From Guillardia theta CCMP2712 (taxonomy: Eukaryota; Protista; Cryptophyta), in assembly GCF_000315625.1 (NCBI RefSeq), contig NW_005434543.1, forward strand, positions 55,445 through 119,444: a DNA stretch of 64,000 nucleotides, given 5' to 3'. The translations under genes and the position numbers were made by a program. How positions within the stretch are numbered: the first letter of the stretch is position 1; every line of letters begins with the position of its first letter. Under the pieces are notes generated by a model. That model saw nothing but the letters and a program-made list of their open reading frames with translations, was not told where the DNA came from and did not search any database. This document shows positions 58,160-64,000 of the stretch, one piece after another.

Positions 58160-59540
58160 CTAGGCTAGTAGACTACTGGCATTTTTTTTACCTGGGAACT
58201 GCACTGCTAGAGTACCTCCTGCGCCATGGCTCCTCGGGGAGCGTGAGGAGAGATGAGAGTCGGGAGTGCGGGAAGGGTTGGGTCCGGGTGAGAGGAGAGA
58301 CAAGCAGAAGTGAAGGCGGGAGCAGAATGCAGAGAAGAGAGGGAGGAAGGCTGAGAGAAGGTTCTGACCAACATGGGAAGGGAGACTGTGGCTGAACCGC
58401 AACGGGAGGAGGCTCTGCAGGAAAAATAGAGCAGGGGACAAGTGTCTCAAGAGCGATGGGTAAAGGATGTGCAAGCTTCTATCCGCCGTCATGCAGAGCT
58501 CAGAGTTCACGGGCGCATCCAGCCAAAGGTTTTCACAGTTTCGATGCCTTGCTGATAGTTTGTCTTTAGGGTTAGCTGCGACCTGCTACCATCGCAGGGG
58601 TTTGGCTGATCGGACAACGATGATTGAGTGGATTGTGAGTTATGCTTGTTCTCTGTGAAGGAACTTCTCAAATCTCCTGGTTGACATCTGTCAAATCTCT
58701 TCCTGAAGCTTTTCTTGTACAGGTCATCGGTACACTCTGTGTCCTTCCAACGTATCTCCTCATGAGCGAAGGCAGCGGCACGGCGCCATGTCAGGAAGCG
58801 CGCAAGGAGCGCCTGGAGGTGAGCATGAAGCTTTTGTTCCCCTGGTGACACGGAGGCAGTCGGCAAACGCAGCAGACTACACCATCAGCTCCCGCATGGA
58901 GGTTTAACGGACAGGTGGGATCGCAGCTGGGTGTGGGGGGTCCTGCTAGATGTGTGCATCAGTGTAGGTGGCTGACATTTGATCGCTCTGAAATGAGTGC
59001 TGTCCAGCCAAGTAAAATTTACTGTTCGATCAATAATACTAAATAATTTCAAAGATGAGATTTCAGAGCAACCAAGTTTGTCCTTGCGCTTCACTTCGAG
59101 TCTTTCAGCAGTTCACCCCAGAAATCATCCTCTTGCTTAGCTTCAGGCTGCTGCTGCAGGAACAAGGCCGATGTCAAACCACACTCGTACCAGATAATGC
59201 ATGCAAGAGCAAACAACAATATCCGAGCAACGGAATACAGGAAGGAGAAGAAGGCACACCACAAGACATGTGCACGGCAGCAAGAAATGAGCAATGATTG
59301 GCATTCATATGCACTAACCAATTTAGCCTTTGCAGCTCGCTTTGCAGCTCTTTCTGCCTTCTTCTTTGCTGTTTGCAATCATCAGTCTTTCCCCACAGCC
59401 AACAAAAGTTGTGACAACACCTAGAGCTTCTTCTCTTGCCTCAATTCTTGCTTCCTTTCGATTCAACGCTCTGAAGGAACGTCAAGAACAAGAACTTGAA
59501 CACTCCTGCTTCACTCACCGTGTGCGGATTGCACCATAGA
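58160..59540 (-). CDS. possible small multi-exon host hypothetical protein (boundaries approximate)
   Basis: Short exon-like pieces ALNRKEARIEAREEAL, KKKAERAAKRAAKAKL and EAKQEDDFWGELLKDSK separated by ~50-nt GT-AG segments. Confidence 0.35.
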
Positions 59541-59623
59541 CGATGCCAAACGCAAGCGCCCCAGATCTTGCGAACTGAGACAACGTAAATCATGACAATA
59601 CTGCGATGTAGCTGACACAACTA

Positions 59624-59692
59624 ACACATCAACTGGATCAAAATACACACATCAAGTGGATCAAAATACACACATCAACTGGATCAAAATAC
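59624..59692. repeat. minisatellite, 23-bp unit ACACATCAACTGGATCAAAATAC x3
   Basis: Direct tandem copies with one substitution. Confidence 0.9.
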
Positions 59693-61039
59693 ACACACGG
59701 TTTCTGGACAACATCCTATTGTTTCCAACAACTTGGGCATGAGATACTCACAAAGTTAAGAGACTCGGATCCAATAGCCGTGGACATCCTGAGAAAATTA
59801 CTCTTTTCACAGGAGAAGTCCCCAGATAGCAACTCGGTAACTGCACAAGGATCAACGTTAGAAACAGAGCAAAAATTGAGTAATCTGGTTGAAATCATCA
59901 TACATCTAGATGATCACGATCATCACATGAAATAAATTCTTGCATCACGATATAAAAACTCAGATCTGCGGACGCCACTACAAAGTTCAAATTATACTCT
60001 GCCAGGAAACTATATCAAGAATCGCAACTTCTACAAAGTATCCTCATGCTTTTCAAAATAAAAGAGCAACATCAAATCAGCGAAAAATTGACAGCCCTAA
60101 ATCTCAACAAAATGAGGAAAATAAGAAGAACGAAAAATTTGATGTGAAAAATATCATCCATCCTTAGCCAACATTATCCATCGCAAGAGAATTGATTATT
60201 AATCCAAAGACCGCACGCAGTCGAATTCAAGGACACGATCTCCAAAACCATTCCACATTAATTCCAGTAGAGTTCTACATGCTTTCTGATAGAGTGTTGC
60301 TGCTGAGGAGCTCCAATCTCGGATCTTTAGTATTATCTCCAAAACAATCAGGTCTGTTGACCTTGATGTAAAACATGAGGGATTTCGAGTACAAACCCCG
60401 CCCCCTCCCCACCCAATTTGTCAAGATCCGGCAAACATTAGAGCAAGAGAGAACAGTGTACAACAGGTTCCCCCGACCATGATGTCAACATTCCAGCAAA
60501 TGAAACAGAATGAGGAAGATAACATTAGAATCAAACAAGCTCAACAAGCATCTTTGTGAACCCAACAGGTCGTAAGAAACAATTCCATTCCACTGACAAT
60601 GTTACGCAGAACAGAGCTGATCTTGATCGCACAAACTCCTGCAATTTCTTCTGAAACATCGCATATAAACCCATATCTTTGTATCTTCGGATTCTCGCAA
60701 ACGACGGTGACCAAAAAGATGTTTGTGTCGGGATACACTAGTCGACCTTTCGCCCATCCGAGTCGATATCCCTGTTTGCTGTCCTAGAGGAAGTTTTTTT
60801 CAACTTGAAGATGAACTCAAACGTGCCAATATGCATTTCTTGATGGAGAAATCCTGCCGCCGTATCTTCTGACTGTATGAGTCCCCCTCCAAAACTTCGC
60901 CAGGGACGTAGGAGGCAGTCTCCCACAAGATCTTCGTCGGAACTGTCTAGCACATAATATGTGATGCCATATACTCGATCATAGCAGTCAAATGTATGTT
61001 CGAAAGCGTACAACACATCATCTACACTGTTCTACACAT

Positions 61040-61960
61040 GATTCTTACGGTTTCCCTACAAATTCCCCTGATTCCCTCGTTCCCTTCCCAACCACTTTAC
61101 TCTCTTCCTCTCGTCGCACCCTTCTTCATCACAGCACATGCTTGTAGTAGTCAACGTGTACTCTACATTCATCGCTGTTTTCTCTCTTTCTCCTCCTTCC
61201 GTCCTCTTCTTATTCCTCATCTTCCCTCCTCATTCCCTGCCATTGCGCGTGCGAACCTCTGCCGCCGCTATGACCCTACCACCCTACCCTCCCTACACAC
61301 CCCACCCCCACACAACTACTCTCGCCTACTTCACCCCTCTACCCTACCTTCTCTACTCCAAGATGACCCCTTCAATACCACCTCCGTCTATCACCACCCT
61401 CTGATTCAGTACATACTACCCTGATTAACAATACCCTACCCCCTTTCACCCTGTCTATCCCACATTTCTGTGATGAGGATCCCAGGCACCCCACCCCCTG
61501 AAGGTACCCTACCTATCCTCCTCGTATTGTAATAGAGTACCCCCCGATAATCAACAGTACCCTTGAAAAATCACCTTCCAGACCCCCTCCAGCGTAGGGT
61601 ATCCACCCCTTATACCCCCTCTACTCAAACTACCCTACCATCCTCAATAGAGTTGTTCGGTACCCCCTTCTGACCTACAACCCTTCCATTTAGCCTCGTT
61701 AGTAGAATCCTAGGACTGCACAATGACCTCCCTATCATTGTTTGCTCATAGATCTTAAGCCACCTTGCTTACTGCTAGGACCTCCCTAGGGCCTAGCTAG
61801 CAACCTGATCTACACCACCTATCAGCAGCACCCAACCATGTCGAGGTCTTAGAGTTACCTTCACCCCCTCATTTACTGGTAAAATAACCGGTGGTCAGGG
61901 ACTCCTTGAGGATCCACTACCCCTCCTAGTTCCTGTGTCTCGATGTCAGTACCGGTCATC
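61040..61960. repeat. C-run-rich non-coding tract, copy 2
   Basis: CCCTACC/ACCCC words as in 20490-21660. Confidence 0.5.
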
Positions 61961-62151
61961 ACACTTATCCCCGTATTTCAATTGATCAAAGTTTTATTTC
62001 AATTTTGAAATGTGAGAGGAACATTTGGAGTCGGAACTTGTGATCACTGAGTCAAACTCGGGGACTCGGCGGTCCCGGCGGCCCGGTCGACAGCTACGGG
62101 CAGCGGGGGGATGAGGCGCAAACACTCCGGAATTAGCAGTTTAGCACTGTA

Positions 62152-64000
62152 ATGGTGAGGGGGGTAGCGGCGGCGATGCTGGGGCTGCTGCTGGCATGCG
62201 CGGTCATGGTAGTTCTGCTGAGAGCTGACAAGGAGGACACAGCTGGAACAAGTCTTCTTGCTCGCTCCTCTCCTCCCTCCATCCCCCCCTCAGGCTCTGC
62301 ATACCGAGAGACGATGAGGATGGCGAGGCGAGCCGACCTGTACAGGCAGGCCGCGTTCGATGATGCGGTGGAGGACCAGGACAAGAAGGTGGAGAAAGAC
62401 GAGAAGCTTGCGATGAAGATCGAGGAAGTGGACAAGAAGAAGTCAAGAGAGCGAGAAGTGAAGACTCTACTTGACATAGCCAAGGCGAGAAACAAGGCGG
62501 CAGAGATGGCTGATAAGCAGCTCGACAAGCGAGCTGAGAAGCTCCAGACTGACCGCGCCAAAGACGCAAAGGAACCGCGTCATGCTGATGAGGAGAAGAA
62601 GCCCGAACATGCAAGCGAGCAGCGAGCCAAGGCCGTCGCAGGGTCGGTGAAGCGCATGGCAACCGAGGCATATCAGGCGTATCAAGATGATCTCAAAGAG
62701 GCGGAGCGAAGAGACAAGAAGCGACAGGAATCGTTCATGAATGCAAAGAAGGAGGAAGAGAAAGAAGACAAGGAGGACGACGATGACCACCAGAGACAAC
62801 TCGCCATGGGGAGGAGGAAGCGGAAGCTCTGGTGGTGGGCCCTGAAACGGGAGGAGAAGCGAGACCTGGAGAGAAAGGCTCGGTGGAAACAAGATCTGAC
62901 CAAGGCCGAGAAGATGATGGAAAGGTTGAACCACCAGCACCAGCACCAGCAGGAGAAGCAGCAGGAGAAGCAGCAGGAGAAGCAGCAGCAAGACGCGAAC
63001 CATCATCATCATCATCAGCAGCAGCAGCAGCAGCTCCCACACAACTCTTCTGCCAGCATCCAACAAGGGCATGACTCGGCCTTGACCTCCTCCCGGGAGC
63101 AACAGGCTGTAGCCTCTGAGAGGCAGAAGGAGGGAGTGATGAAGGCGGATCCTGCGGTGTCGTGCAGTGTTGCTACACGAGGGTAGCTGACTTGTTGTAT
63201 GCAGAAGATGCCGAGAAAGGAGCGAGAAGAGAAGGCGAGCAAGGGGAAGGAGGCTCTACGGCAGGCTACAGAGCTCGTCGACCAGGTGCAGACTGCTGAG
63301 ATCCTCCGCAACCTCGCTTAAGGCAGCCCGCAGGCAAGGAGCAAGTTTCTGGAAGCGGACGCGAAGCATCAGGTGGCCATGGACGAGCTAAAGAAGGAGG
63401 AGCAGGTTGAGAGCTTGAAGAAGGTAGGAAGAACGTTCCTCTCCCCTCCGCTCACAACCCCGCAGCAGAACGACTGGAAGACGATCTTGAGCAAAAGCAG
63501 GTCCCCTCACATTGCCTCTTCCTCCCTCCCACCCTCCTTCTCTTTCTCCTCCTCCTGATCATCGACATCTCTCTTGTTCTTGTTCTTGTCATTGTCGTCG
63601 TCGTCATCATCATCCTTGTTAACCTCTCAGGGTCTCTCCCACTACCTTGCTCTCTTGTGCCATGTTGTAGTCCTTGTCTCATGGCCCTCCTCCCTACTTG
63701 TTGCTGCTCACTTACCCGTCAGCGATGGGAAGAAGGCGCGAGAAAAGATGAAGATGAAGGTGAGGGAGGGCAAGAGGTGGAGGGTCGAAGCGGAAAGTCA
63801 CAGAGGGTAGAGGTCGAGAGAAAGGACAGCAAGGGGAGACAGGGGGAGGGGGGTGAGGATGGAAGGAGGAGCGAGGGAGCGAGGGAGCGATTGAAGGGCC
63901 AGGTAGGAGAGCAGGATGGGACTGATTCAAGGTTGGCAGGTGAAGCTCTCACTTGAGACTGTTAAGAAGAGACAGCGAGAGCTGGCGGAGGCCGTGAACC
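62152..64000 (+). CDS. signal-anchored charged coiled-coil protein; multi-exon, continues beyond the window
   Basis: MVRGVAAAMLGLLLACAVMVVLL followed by Glu/Lys/Arg-rich helices. Confidence 0.65.

Noticed and set aside
1-64000. tRNA or rRNA genes
   Set aside because: None recognised by eye. tRNAscan-SE/Infernal would be needed to exclude them.

Overview
This is eukaryotic nuclear DNA. The host genes are GC-rich and broken by short GT-AG introns full of microsatellites (GGA, CTCCTG, GAT, CTCCT). That style suggests a cryptophyte such as Hanusia or Guillardia, which is inference only. There are three 100-N scaffold gaps. Host genes: a Na+/H+ exchanger with extracellular EGF-like repeats, an NPSN-like Qb-SNARE, an ankyrin/EF-hand/jacalin protein, an HMG-box protein, a TYW5 (JmjC)-SDR fusion, a large Cys-rich repeat secreted protein and several hypotheticals. 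The main signal is a ~18-kb island (~39.3-57.5 kb) that is gene-dense, lower in GC, free of microsatellites and almost intronless. It carries about 19 intact ORFs. These include two tandem paralogues with a beta-tulip/triplex-like motif, a divergent TBP-like protein, a DcpS scavenger decapping enzyme, a DEDDy exonuclease, a papain-like protease, a heliorhodopsin-like protein with Arg at the retinal Lys position, and several membrane proteins. The genes have AATAAA and TATA signals, and one has a predicted 52-nt spliceosomal intron. The best reading is an endogenised fragment of a nucleus-replicating large DNA virus, most plausibly a mirusvirus (Duplodnaviria). I could not recognise an MCP, terminase, portal, polymerase, integrase or terminal repeats. 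All family calls come from motifs read by eye and need HMM or structure confirmation.
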